Below are positions 36,336-45,354 of a stretch of 64,000 bases of DNA, one piece after another (position 1 is the first letter of the stretch; the number at the start of each line of letters is the position of its first letter). Source of the DNA: an uncultured Alphaproteobacteria bacterium (GTDB lineage Bacteria > Pseudomonadota > Alphaproteobacteria > RF32 > CAG-239); the NCBI GenBank assembly GCA_944391685.1, contig CALXUM010000003.1:9481-73480 (forward strand). Direction: 5' to 3'. The notes under the pieces are model-generated. The model was not told the DNA's origin, made no database searches, and saw only the letters and a list, made by a program, of their open reading frames with translations. A program made the position numbers and the translations under genes.

Positions 36336-39026
36336 ATGAGTAAATGGGTTTATACATTTGGAAACGGCAAAGCCGAAGGCGATGCCAGCATGCGTAATCT
36401 CCTTGGTGGTAAAGGTGCCAACCTTGCCGAAATGAACAAAGTTGGTTTGCCGGTGCCTCCGGGATTTACGGTTACGACAGAAGTTTGCACATATTACTAC
36501 AATAATAACAAAACTTATCCGGCTGATTTGAAAGAGCAGGTTCGTGCTGCCGTTGCCGGAGTTGAAAAAATTATGGGCAAAAAATTTGCCGATGCCAACA
36601 ACCCGTTGCTCTTTTCAGTTAGATCCGGTGCAAGAGTTTCAATGCCGGGTATGATGGACACGGTGTTGAACCTCGGTTTGAACGATGAAACTGTTCAAGC
36701 TTTGGCCAAGGCTTCTGGCTCTGAGAGATTTGCTTATGACTCTTATCGCCGCTTTTTGCAGATGTTTTCTGACGTGGTTTTGGGTGCCGATATTGAAGAA
36801 TATGAAGGTGCATTGGAAGCCATGAAAAAAGCCAAAGGCTACAAATCTGATACTGATTTGACCGCCGATGATTTGAAAGAATTGGTTAAAGAATATAAAG
36901 AAATCGGTAAAAAATTGGGCAAAGTTGTTCCGCAAGATCCTTGGGACCAATTGTGGGCAGGTATCGGTGCCGTGTTTGGTTCTTGGATGGCTGCTCGTGC
37001 CATTACTTATCGTAAATTGAACAATATTCCGGGTGACTGGGGTACGGCCGTTAACGTTCAGACAATGGTGTTCGGTAATGCCGGTGATGATTGTGCTACC
37101 GGTGTTTGCTTCTCTCGCGACCCGGCTACAGGTGAAAATGTTTATTACGGCGAATATTTGGTTAATGCTCAAGGTGAAGACGTTGTGGCCGGTATTCGTA
37201 CTCCGCAACCAATGGCCAGCAAAGGCGACGGTACTTCTTTGGAAGAAAAATGGCCGCACCTTTATAAAGAATTGGTTGATGTTCGTAACAACTTGGAAAG
37301 CCACTACAAAGACATGCAGGATATGGAATTTACCATTGAGCACGGCAAACTTTGGATGTTGCAATGCCGTAACGGTAAACGCACCGCTGCAGCTGCCGTT
37401 CGTATGGCTGTTGAAATGGTTGAAGAAGGTTTGATTAACAAAGAAGAAGCCATTATGCGTGTTGGTGCCGACCAATTGGATCAGTTGTTGCACCCAATGT
37501 TGGATCCGAAAGCTAAGAAAAACGTTATTGCTACAGGTTTGCCGGCATCTCCCGGTGCTGCTGTCGGTCGTGCCGTTTTCAATGCTGAAGATGCTGAAGC
37601 TTGGGCTGCTAAAGGTGAGAAAGTTATCCTTATTCGTAATGAGACTTCTCCGGAAGACATTGGCGGTATGCACGCTTCTCAAGGTGTGATTACTGCTCGC
37701 GGCGGTATGACATCTCACGCTGCCGTGGTTGCACGTGGTATGGGTACTCCTTGCGTTTCCGGTTCACATGAAATTCATATTGATTATGCTAAAAAGACTA
37801 TGACAACCGATAAAGGTGTTGTGGTTAAAGAAGGTGATTGGGTTTCTTTGGACGGTGCTAAAGGACAAATTATTGAAGGTCAGGTTCCGACAGTTAAAGC
37901 TGATACAAACAGCGGTAACTTTGGTAAGTTGATGGGCTGGGTTGATGAAATCCGCACTTTGGAAATTCGTGCTAACGCTGAAACTCCTAGAGATGCTCAA
38001 ACCGCTCGTGACTTTGGTGCTCAGGGTATCGGTTTGGCCAGAACAGAACACATGTTCTTTGACGCTGATCGTATTCCTGATATGCGTGCCATGATTTTGG
38101 CTGACAATGAAGAAGGTCGTCGTGCTGCTTTGGCTCGTTTGTTGCCTTATCAGAAACAAGACTTTAAAGACTTGTTCAAAATTATGGAAGGATTGCCGGT
38201 TGTTATCCGCTTGTTGGATCCTCCATTGCATGAGTTCTTGCCCAATACTGAAGCTGAAATGAAAGAATTGGCTGATAAGATGGGTATGACTTTGGAAAAA
38301 GTTAAACAACGTGCAAATGCTTTGCATGAAGCTAACCCGATGTTGGGTCATCGTGGTTGTCGTTTGCCGATTACTTATCCGGAAATTTGCGAAATGCAGA
38401 CTCGTGCTATTTTGGAAGCTGCTATGGAATGTGAAGCCGAAGGTATTAATGTTTTGCCTGAGATTGAAGTTCCGTTGACAGGTTCTAAGAAAGAGTTGGA
38501 TATCGTTAAAGACATTATTGATACCACTGCCGAGAAAATCTTTGCTGAAAAAGGCAAGAAGATTAAGTATGAAGTCGGCTCAATGATTGAGTTGCCTCGT
38601 GCTGCTCTTAAGGCTGACGAATTGGCTCAGTCTGCCGAGTTCTTTGGTTTTGGTACCAATGATCTTACCCAAACTACTTTGGGTATGAGCCGTGACGATA
38701 CCGGTGCTATTTTGGATGAATATCGCGCTCGCGGTGTTTATGTAGCTGATCCGTTTGCTTCTATTGATGTTGAAGGCGTTGGCTGCTTGGTTAAACTGGC
38801 TTGCGAAAAAGCTCGCAGCTCTAACCCGAAAATTTGGTTGGGCGTTTGCGGTGAGCATGGCGGTGATCCGGCATCTATTGACTTTTTCCAGACTTGCGGC
38901 ATGAACTATGTTTCTTGCTCTCCGTACCGTGTTCCGGTAGCTCGTCTGGCCGCAGCTCAGGCTGCCGTTCGTCATAAAAATGACAAGAAAGAAAACGGTT
39001 CTTGCTGCTGCAAGAAAGCTTGCTAA
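36336..39026 (+). CDS. ppdK: pyruvate, phosphate dikinase
   Basis: MSKWVYTFG...GGKGANLAEM, phosphohistidine region GGMTSHAAVVARGMG, PEP-utilising C-terminal GTNDLTQ and CGEHGGDP. AAGGAG SD. 896 aa. Confidence 0.95.
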   Translation: MSKWVYTFGNGKAEGDASMRNLLGGKGANLAEMNKVGLPVPPGFTVTTEVCTYYYNNNKTYPADLKEQVRAAVAGVEKIMGKKFADANNPLLFSVRSGARVSMPGMMDTVLNLGLNDETVQALAKASGSERFAYDSYRRFLQMFSDVVLGADIEEYEGALEAMKKAKGYKSDTDLTADDLKELVKEYKEIGKKLGKVVPQDPWDQLWAGIGAVFGSWMAARAITYRKLNNIPGDWGTAVNVQTMVFGNAGDDCATGVCFSRDPATGENVYYGEYLVNAQGEDVVAGIRTPQPMASKGDGTSLEEKWPHLYKELVDVRNNLESHYKDMQDMEFTIEHGKLWMLQCRNGKRTAAAAVRMAVEMVEEGLINKEEAIMRVGADQLDQLLHPMLDPKAKKNVIATGLPASPGAAVGRAVFNAEDAEAWAAKGEKVILIRNETSPEDIGGMHASQGVITARGGMTSHAAVVARGMGTPCVSGSHEIHIDYAKKTMTTDKGVVVKEGDWVSLDGAKGQIIEGQVPTVKADTNSGNFGKLMGWVDEIRTLEIRANAETPRDAQTARDFGAQGIGLARTEHMFFDADRIPDMRAMILADNEEGRRAALARLLPYQKQDFKDLFKIMEGLPVVIRLLDPPLHEFLPNTEAEMKELADKMGMTLEKVKQRANALHEANPMLGHRGCRLPITYPEICEMQTRAILEAAMECEAEGINVLPEIEVPLTGSKKELDIVKDIIDTTAEKIFAEKGKKIKYEVGSMIELPRAALKADELAQSAEFFGFGTNDLTQTTLGMSRDDTGAILDEYRARGVYVADPFASIDVEGVGCLVKLACEKARSSNPKIWLGVCGEHGGDPASIDFFQTCGMNYVSCSPYRVPVARLAAAQAAVRHKNDKKENGSCCCKKAC

Positions 39027-39080
39027 AAGAGTGATTTGCTCTTATAAATAAAGGTGTTAAAATCACCTTCAAAATAAAAA

Positions 39081-39120
39081 AGACCTCTGAAACCAGAAAT
39101 GGCGGCGGAGGTCTTTTTTT
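39081..39120 (+). terminator. rho-independent terminator of ppdK
   Basis: AGACCTC ... GAGGTCT followed by TTTTTTT. Confidence 0.6.
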
Positions 39121-39162
39121 AGTTTATGGGGTTGACATCTTGTTGATAGTGGAATAGCTTGT

Positions 39163-39681
39163 TTGGCAAATACTATTATTTATAAACAATTAAAATTTTT
39201 TGATATGAATTTGAAGGAAGTTAAAGACTTTTATCAAAGTTTAACAGAGGTAAAAGAAGAAATTAAGGAGTTTTCATCGGTTGCCGTTTGTGAGCTTGAC
39301 GGCGGAATTAAGGAATGGAAGCACTGTAAGGAGAGTATTTATGTTTTTCTGGAGAAGCAGGAAGAATTTGTACTGAAATATTTTGCAAGAAATTTTCCTA
39401 CATCATTTGAAAGTGCTTTGAAAATTCCGGATTTTGACTTTGACAATTTCGCAAAATTGCTTTTGCTGCAAAAGCAATTAATTTGTGGCAATGAGAAAAA
39501 ATTATTTAGCTTGGTTAAGGATATTTTGAATTATCCTCCGTGTGAAAAAATTAAAATCGGGAAAGATTTTTTTAGTCTTTTGGAAGAAGAGCCTATAAAA
39601 GTTTGTATTGGTGAGGATGAAAAAACTTTTTTGATTGGTAAATTGTCTAACTATTGCAGTCAGAAAAAAACAGGTGTTTAA
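39163..39681 (+). CDS. hypothetical protein, AT-rich
   Basis: Uninterrupted ORF with its own terminator. TTG start in the track, or possibly ATG at 39205. No recognised motif. Confidence 0.45.
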   Translation: MANTIIYKQLKFFDMNLKEVKDFYQSLTEVKEEIKEFSSVAVCELDGGIKEWKHCKESIYVFLEKQEEFVLKYFARNFPTSFESALKIPDFDFDNFAKLLLLQKQLICGNEKKLFSLVKDILNYPPCEKIKIGKDFFSLLEEEPIKVCIGEDEKTFLIGKLSNYCSQKKTGV

Positions 39682-39698
39682 AAGAACACCTGTTTTTT
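39670..39698 (+). terminator. rho-independent terminator (stop codon inside the loop)
   Basis: ACAGGTGTT / AACACCTGT followed by TTTTTT. Confidence 0.6.
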
Positions 39699-39781
39699 GA
39701 TAATAAGTGTTGACAAAATTGTACAAAATAGGTATGAAATTGATATTAAAAATAATTATTAACAAATTAAAAATTTTAATT

Positions 39782-40492
39782 ATGTATTCAGAGATTGAAA
39801 ATTTTTATGGAAACAAACCCATAAAAAGAAAAGTTAAAAATTTCATTAAGGTGCAGGATTTTTTGGAATCTAAAAAGTTCCAGATGTTCTGTGATTTGGA
39901 AGAAGACAACCTTCAGCGTTATCCCGTAATGCAAATTACCGTTTGCTCAGAGAATGAGGTTTATGAAGTCGGAAATTTTGATGAAATTGAAGATTTTCGC
40001 ATCAACATATTACCGGAGGAAGGGGCAAGACTTTATAAAGCGGTAAGATTTATTAATCGTCCGACGGTTAGTGACGAAAAAGCCATATATTATGCCATGA
40101 GTTATTATGTGCATAAAGAAGAAGAAAAATGGTCGGCGGAGCTGATATTGGATGATGAGTCTTGGCTTGACAGAAAGAAAGTTACTGCTGCTTTCAATAT
40201 GCTAGCTAAGAAAAACGATTACGCCAATCTCGGCAACACTGAGATGAAGGAAATTTGCCTACATCTTAATGGACGAGTGCCTTTTTCGACCAAGGCCTGG
40301 GTTAAAAGAGTTTCTTTACCCAAAAATATGGATCGGTATTTGCTCTGTTTGATGGATAATGGCAGGGTTCTGGATTTGCCGGTTGAGATGGTGGGTATAG
40401 AAAAAATAGATATTCCATCCTCAGGGTATTTGAGAACCAAATTTAATTGGTTCCAATATCTTGGGGAAGGAATTTTCTCAAGAGTAAAATAA
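39782..40492 (+). CDS. hypothetical protein, AT-rich
   Basis: Start set at MYSEIENFYG, because the upstream part of the track ORF overlaps the preceding terminator. No recognised motif. Confidence 0.5.
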   Translation: MYSEIENFYGNKPIKRKVKNFIKVQDFLESKKFQMFCDLEEDNLQRYPVMQITVCSENEVYEVGNFDEIEDFRINILPEEGARLYKAVRFINRPTVSDEKAIYYAMSYYVHKEEEKWSAELILDDESWLDRKKVTAAFNMLAKKNDYANLGNTEMKEICLHLNGRVPFSTKAWVKRVSLPKNMDRYLLCLMDNGRVLDLPVEMVGIEKIDIPSSGYLRTKFNWFQYLGEGIFSRVK

Positions 40493-40496
40493 ATAA

Positions 40497-40530
40497 AAGG
40501 CATCGCTTTTAAAGCGGTGCCTTTTATTTT
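40497..40530 (+). terminator. rho-independent terminator
   Basis: 13-bp stem AAGGCATCGCTTT / AAAGCGGTGCCTT (one G-T pair) followed by a T-rich tract. Confidence 0.6.
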
Positions 40531-40724
40531 TTAGAATCGGTGAATTTTGATAGAGGATTTTGTTATCAAAAAAAGTTTAAAAATAGGATAATTTTAAGTT
40601 TTTTTATTTTTTTTTGTTTGTGAAGTGTTTTTGTTATTGAAAATTAAATTTTTATTGCTTAAGTTAAACCTGTATTAGTTATTTAACGATTACAAAAATT
40701 TTAAACCCATATGGAGATTATAAA

Positions 40725-41186
40725 ATGAAAAAACTTTTGAGTTTGTTTTGTGCTGTTATAGCTTTGTCCGGTTGTTCTAGCTTGGGCGAAAGCTCTTTGT
40801 TTGGCGGTAGCGAATGCGAAACCAAAATGGCTCGTGACTTTATGGCTAACGCTGAAGACAGAGTTTTCTTTGCTTTTGACAGCTCTGCTATTTCTCCTGA
40901 TTCTGCCGAAATTCTTGACACTCAGGTTAAATGGTTGAAGAAACATGAAAAAGTAAACGTTATTGTTCAAGGTTACTGCGATGAACGCGGTACTCGTGAA
41001 TACAACTTGGCCTTGGGTGAACGTCGTGCCAACGCTGTAAAACAGTATTTGGTATCTCAAGGTATTGCTGCTGACAGAATCTCTACCATCTCTTATGGTA
41101 AAGAACGTCCGGCAGTTCTCGGCAACAATGAAGCTGCTTGGGCTCAAAACCGTCGTGCAGTTACCGTTGTTAAAGCCGGAAACTAA
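40725..41186 (+). CDS. pal: peptidoglycan-associated lipoprotein Pal (OmpA-C domain)
   Basis: Lipobox VIALSGC, then VFFAFDSSAISPDSAEILDTQVKWL, GYCDERGTREYNLALGERRANAVKQYL, NRRAV. Confidence 0.9.
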   Translation: MKKLLSLFCAVIALSGCSSLGESSLFGGSECETKMARDFMANAEDRVFFAFDSSAISPDSAEILDTQVKWLKKHEKVNVIVQGYCDERGTREYNLALGERRANAVKQYLVSQGIAADRISTISYGKERPAVLGNNEAAWAQNRRAVTVVKAGN

Positions 41187-41213
41187 GTTACTGACTTGAG
41201 TTATTCATTAAAA

Positions 41214-41243
41214 ACGCATCCTTATTCGGGATGCGTTTTTTTT
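41214..41243 (+). terminator. rho-independent terminator after pal
   Basis: ACGCATCC / GGATGCGT followed by TTTTTTT. Confidence 0.6.
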
Positions 41244-41317
41244 GGCTTGTTATTATGATTATTTTAATCTAAATTGTTTGGTAGTTGGTTTTTGTTTTTA
41301 TAAAGAGGTGTTTCATT

Positions 41318-42169
41318 ATGCGTTTTTCAAAAGTTGTTTTGTTTTCGTCTGTTTTTGGATTGTATGCTTTTTCGGCTCAGGCACAAAGTGCTCTGGAAAT
41401 GGAAATTGAAGCTTTGAGAGAAGATGTTCAAGTTTTGCAAAGACAAGCTTATCGTGATAAAGAAAACGGCATTGTTCCGGCATCGGCACAAGATGTGGCA
41501 GTAAAAATGGGACAGTTTGATGAAGATTTACGTAAGGCAGTGGGCAAAATTGATGAGTTGGAATATAAGATTAAAAATTTGGAAGACCGCATTAATGTTA
41601 TCAATAAAGATGTTGATATTCGCCTTAAAATGATTGAGGGTAAACCGATAGAAGGTGATGCCGGATTAGGTGCGGCTAAAACTACTTCGGCTAAGTTTAA
41701 TGCTCCGGTGGCTCAGGGAGCTCCGAAATCTATTGCCGGTGATGCTGTTTCAAAGGGAGATGATTTGCCTCCGGTTAAAACCAAAACCGCTGAGGAAATT
41801 TATCAAGAAGGAATGGATGCCTTAAAAGCTAACAACAGTGATGAGGCAGCTTCTAAGTTTACAACCGTATTAACTAAATTCCCGGAGCATAAGTTGGCAG
41901 GAAATGCTCAATATTGGTTGGGTGAGGCTTATTATGCCAAGAAAGATTATGCCAAGGCTGCAGTTGCTTTTGCCAAGGGTTATGAAAAATATAAAGATGG
42001 AAATAAAGGTGCTGATAATATTTTGAAACTTGGTATGTCAATGAAAGAATTGGGCAAGAAAGATGAGGCTTGCACGGCGTTTACCAATTTGCCGAAAGAA
42101 TTTCCTAAAGCAGAGGAAAGCGTTAAGGTAAAGGCAGCACAATTAGCTGCCGAACTGCAGTGTAAATAG
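41318..42169 (+). CDS. cpoB: Tol-Pal system protein CpoB/YbgF
   Basis: AGAGG SD, signal peptide MRFSKVVLFSSVFGLYAFSAQA, coiled coil, then C-terminal TPR (AQYWLGEAYYAKKDYAKAAVAFAKGYEKY). Confidence 0.8.
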   Translation: MRFSKVVLFSSVFGLYAFSAQAQSALEMEIEALREDVQVLQRQAYRDKENGIVPASAQDVAVKMGQFDEDLRKAVGKIDELEYKIKNLEDRINVINKDVDIRLKMIEGKPIEGDAGLGAAKTTSAKFNAPVAQGAPKSIAGDAVSKGDDLPPVKTKTAEEIYQEGMDALKANNSDEAASKFTTVLTKFPEHKLAGNAQYWLGEAYYAKKDYAKAAVAFAKGYEKYKDGNKGADNILKLGMSMKELGKKDEACTAFTNLPKEFPKAEESVKVKAAQLAAELQCK

Positions 42170-42176
42170 GTATTTT

Positions 42177-43241
42177 TTGATGCAGGAATTTTTTGATAAA
42201 TATCAGATTGATGATGAAGTTATCGCCGCCGGAGTTTCCGGCGGTGCTGACTCTTTGGCATTGGTTTTGCGTTTGCAAGATTGTGGAAAAAAAGTTGTGG
42301 CTTTGACGGTTGACCACGGATTGCGTGAAGAATCCAGAAAAGAAGCTGAATATGTGGCCGAAGTGATGAAAAAATACGGAATTGAGCATCATATTTTAAC
42401 TTGGGAAGGGGAAAAGCCAATCAGTGGAGTAGAAACAATTGCCAGAGAGGCAAGGTATGATTTGTTGCAAAAATGGTGTGCCGAGCATATGGTGAGAACT
42501 TTAGCGGTGGGACATCATCGGCGGGATCAGGCTGAGACATTTTTGATGCGGTTGCAAAGAGGTAGCGGACTTTTCGGTTTGAGCGGAATTTTGCCGGTGA
42601 GTTATCGTGGGTGGCTCAAGATTATTCGCCCGCAGCTTAATGATGATCCTGATGATTTGCGTGACTATCTTAAAGAACGCAAAATTAAATGGGTGGAAGA
42701 TCCGTCAAATCAATGTTTGGATTTTCAGCGAGTTAAAGTGCGTAAATTTTTGCCAAAGCTGGAAGAAGCAATCGGTATAAGTGAAGAGCGTTTGGCCGAG
42801 ACGGCAGCTGTTTTGGCAAGAACACGAGAATATGTGGAAAGTCAGGTGGCCAAGTTTGTAAAAAACAATGTGCGTTGTTGGAATGATAAAATTTTTTCTT
42901 TGTCGCCGGAGGTTTTTGCAGACCAACATGATGAAATCAGGTATAGAGTTTTGGCTCAGCTTTTGCAAGAAAGCGGAGGATCTGAGTATGTTCCTGAGGC
43001 TGCGGCAGTGTTGCGTTTGTGTGCAGAGATTGATGAAAGCTCATTTAAGGGAGCAACACTTGGGGGGTGTGAGGTATTTAAGGCGGCAAAACGGTTGTGG
43101 ATTGTGCCGGAGGAAAAAAGCGGTTTTGTGTTAAAACGTCAGGATTGGGAAAAATGCTTGCAGGATTTTCCACAATATGCTAAAGCTAAGCTTCCTTATA
43201 AAGTTCGTCGGGCATTGTATTTGGTTTTAACAAAGGCATAA
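42177..43241 (+). CDS. tilS: tRNA(Ile)-lysidine synthase
   Basis: PP-loop AAGVSGGADSLAL, VGHHRRDQAETFLMRLQRGSG. Usual position after cpoB. Confidence 0.85.
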   Translation: MMQEFFDKYQIDDEVIAAGVSGGADSLALVLRLQDCGKKVVALTVDHGLREESRKEAEYVAEVMKKYGIEHHILTWEGEKPISGVETIAREARYDLLQKWCAEHMVRTLAVGHHRRDQAETFLMRLQRGSGLFGLSGILPVSYRGWLKIIRPQLNDDPDDLRDYLKERKIKWVEDPSNQCLDFQRVKVRKFLPKLEEAIGISEERLAETAAVLARTREYVESQVAKFVKNNVRCWNDKIFSLSPEVFADQHDEIRYRVLAQLLQESGGSEYVPEAAAVLRLCAEIDESSFKGATLGGCEVFKAAKRLWIVPEEKSGFVLKRQDWEKCLQDFPQYAKAKLPYKVRRALYLVLTKA

Positions 43242-43242
43242 A

Positions 43243-43716
43243 ATGGCAAAAACTAAGCGAAGCGATTTTATTTCAACAGGGTTGGTGGCACAGAACAGAC
43301 GTGCACATTTTGACTATTTGATTGAAGAAAAATTCGTTGCCGGTTTGCAATTAACCGGAACGGAAGTAAAGTCTTTGCGTTTGGGACATGCCAATATTAA
43401 TGACGCTTTCGGAATTGAAAAAGACGGTGAGCTTTATATATCAAACATGTTTATTGCCGAATACAGCAACAAGGGTTATGCCTCGCACGCAGAAAAAAGA
43501 GATCGGAAATTGTTGCTTAAGCATAAGGAGATTATTGATATTATAAATGCTTTGTCACGCAAGGGTGCAACGTTGGTGGCAATTAGACTTTTTTTTGACG
43601 AACATGGCTTGGCAAAGTTAGAACTAGGATTAGGACGTGGTAAAAAGCTTTATGATAAGAGAGAGACAATCAAAAACCGCGATATTGACAGAAAAATAAG
43701 ATTGGCAGGTATTTGA
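43243..43716 (+). CDS. smpB: SsrA-binding protein
   Basis: NRRAHFDYLIEEKFVAGLQLTGTEVKSLR, NMFIAEY, RDRKLLLHK-like KHKEI, GRGKKLYDKRE. 157 aa. Confidence 0.9.
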   Translation: MAKTKRSDFISTGLVAQNRRAHFDYLIEEKFVAGLQLTGTEVKSLRLGHANINDAFGIEKDGELYISNMFIAEYSNKGYASHAEKRDRKLLLKHKEIIDIINALSRKGATLVAIRLFFDEHGLAKLELGLGRGKKLYDKRETIKNRDIDRKIRLAGI

Positions 43717-43740
43717 TCCTTTTTTGTAGAACAAATAAAA

Positions 43741-43768
43741 AGAGGTTGTTGAGTACAACCTCTTTTTT
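43741..43768 (+). terminator. rho-independent terminator of smpB
   Basis: AGAGGTTGT / ACAACCTCT followed by TTTTTT. Confidence 0.6.
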
Positions 43769-43784
43769 GATTTAAATTTTTAGT

Positions 43785-43824
43785 TTTTGTAACTTTTCCA
43801 CAGGTCTGAAACATTTTTACAACC
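43785..43824. repeat. cassette junction repeat, copy 1 (TTTTGTAACTTTTCCACAGGTC...TTTTTACAACC)
   Basis: Near-identical strings at 45434-45473 and 46969-47008. Confidence 0.85.
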
Positions 43825-43904
43825 GCTGCTTGCGTTTTATAAAACAATTTGTTATATTACGTGTTATGTATAACAATAATTGTTTATAAAGGAGAATAAA
43901 AACA

Positions 43905-44876
43905 ATGTTTACTGACTACAAATCACCGCTGGGCTATGTAGCCGATGGTAAAAAGATAGACACCTATGGCGTTGACCATAGCGGATTTTCAACAAAAGAC
44001 GAGATAGAATATCAAATGGCTCGGCAAAAAAGAGAAAACAGTTTGATAAAAGGTTATAATAACCAAGGAATAACTAAAGATTACCCGCAATATGGCACTA
44101 ACTTTTGGGGCAAAGCTGATAATAACTATGGTTTTGGCAACTCAAATATTGCCGATAATATCAAAAACAAACAAAACCAAGACATAAGTTCTGCATTATA
44201 CCCAAACCAAATAGGAAATGATGCCGCAAGTTATAAATTGGCTCAGAATAATCAAGCTAATACGGTGAGTGATGCAAATGGGCAAACGCTAACAAAATAT
44301 CAAAAATTAATAGATAAACATTATAATGATATCTATAAAAATGAAGGAAATCCTGATTATGTTTATCTTGATCCTAAATATATAAGAACAATCGGGCGAG
44401 GAACAAATATTAACAATCCTAATGCGTTTAATCAAGTTAACTATAAAATAAAAAATACAAATGATTTTGCAAGTGAAAAAGAAAAGCAAGATTGTTATGA
44501 TAAATTTGAAGACTGGATTAAAAATAATAAAAGACACTCCAAAGATAAACATAATTTTAAAGCGAATTATTTTGAGGATTTTTGTAATTTGTATATAGAT
44601 CCAAATGAAGCAAAACGATTACATAATGAACATGTTGTAAAAGATATTCCTGTCATAAAAAATATAATAAAAAATTATGATGAATTAAGTTATGAAAAAC
44701 AGTTGGCAATTTTAGATATGGTTTATAATCTTGGTGCTACAGAATTTAAAAACCAATTTACAAAATTTATTGAAGCTGCAAATGCTAATTCAGAAGAAGG
44801 AATGTTAAAAGAATATCATCGAAAGGGTATTTCTGAAGACAGAAATAAATGGACAGCAGATTTATTAAAAAAATAA
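43905..44876 (+). CDS. polymorphic-toxin-like protein: conserved N-terminal module + T4-lysozyme (GH24)-like C-terminal domain
   Basis: AAGGAG SD. The N-terminal roughly 115 aa are repeated in three downstream cassettes. C-terminus: NEGNPDYVYLDPKYIRTIGRG reproduces the T4 lysozyme E-x8-D-x5-T catalytic spacing and TIG(I/R)G, and ILDMVYNLGATEFKNQFTKFIEA resembles the T4L helix [22 protein letters not shown]. Confidence 0.75.
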   Translation: MFTDYKSPLGYVADGKKIDTYGVDHSGFSTKDEIEYQMARQKRENSLIKGYNNQGITKDYPQYGTNFWGKADNNYGFGNSNIADNIKNKQNQDISSALYPNQIGNDAASYKLAQNNQANTVSDANGQTLTKYQKLIDKHYNDIYKNEGNPDYVYLDPKYIRTIGRGTNINNPNAFNQVNYKIKNTNDFASEKEKQDCYDKFEDWIKNNKRHSKDKHNFKANYFEDFCNLYIDPNEAKRLHNEHVVKDIPVIKNIIKNYDELSYEKQLAILDMVYNLGATEFKNQFTKFIEAANANSEEGMLKEYHRKGISEDRNKWTADLLKK

Positions 44877-44880
44877 TTTA

Positions 44881-44920
44881 TATAGAATAGAATGTGTTTT
44901 AAAACACATTCTATTCTATA
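44881..44920. terminator. perfect 40-nt palindrome / bidirectional terminator
   Basis: TATAGAATAGAATGTGTTTT|AAAACACATTCTATTCTATA, 20-bp arms with no loop. The right arm encodes the last codons of the minus-strand gene. Confidence 0.6.
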
Positions 44921-45354
44921 CCATAAAATTCACCACTACGTCTAAAATTGTTTTTATCATATTCAATCAATTCTACTAACCAATGATAGCTAGTGCAATA
45001 TACACTATCCAAACATTCAGAAATTTTAAATTTATTGATATTTATTTGTGTCTTTTGGGTAACAGGATTATAAAAACTGCATTTCAAAATAATATATTCT
45101 TGTTTGTTTTCCAATAAAACACAAGACTGTGTTGTCCATCCTTCTTTATGATCATCATTTTTTTTATATGTGGATGAGTTTGAAAACTTTAAACTATGTG
45201 GAGTTAAATAAGATTCTCTAGCTATTGAAGAAATTGGAATTAACGGCTTATAAAATAGTGGGTTAACAAATTTTTCTTCTTTATTTTGCGTAAATAAGCT
45301 ACAAGCGGTTGTTATTAGTAAAACAGCCATACAAGCAAACAAGACTTTTTTCAT
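44911..45354 (-). CDS. small lipoprotein, candidate immunity protein for the GH24-like toxin
   Basis: GGAG SD, MKKVLFACMAVLLITTAC lipobox. Convergent with the toxin gene. Its 5' leader is a conserved repeat shared with 46398-46889. Confidence 0.6.
   Translation of the reverse strand: MKKVLFACMAVLLITTACSLFTQNKEEKFVNPLFYKPLIPISSIARESYLTPHSLKFSNSSTYKKNDDHKEGWTTQSCVLLENKQEYIILKCSFYNPVTQKTQININKFKISECLDSVYCTSYHWLVELIEYDKNNFRRSGEFYGIE

Noticed and set aside
36619-38975. Long minus-strand ORFs inside ppdK (36639-37718, 37764-38351, 38580-38975 and others).
   Set aside because: These are antisense shadow ORFs of a strongly conserved gene. Their translations are low-complexity (F/N/T/H-rich) with no motifs.
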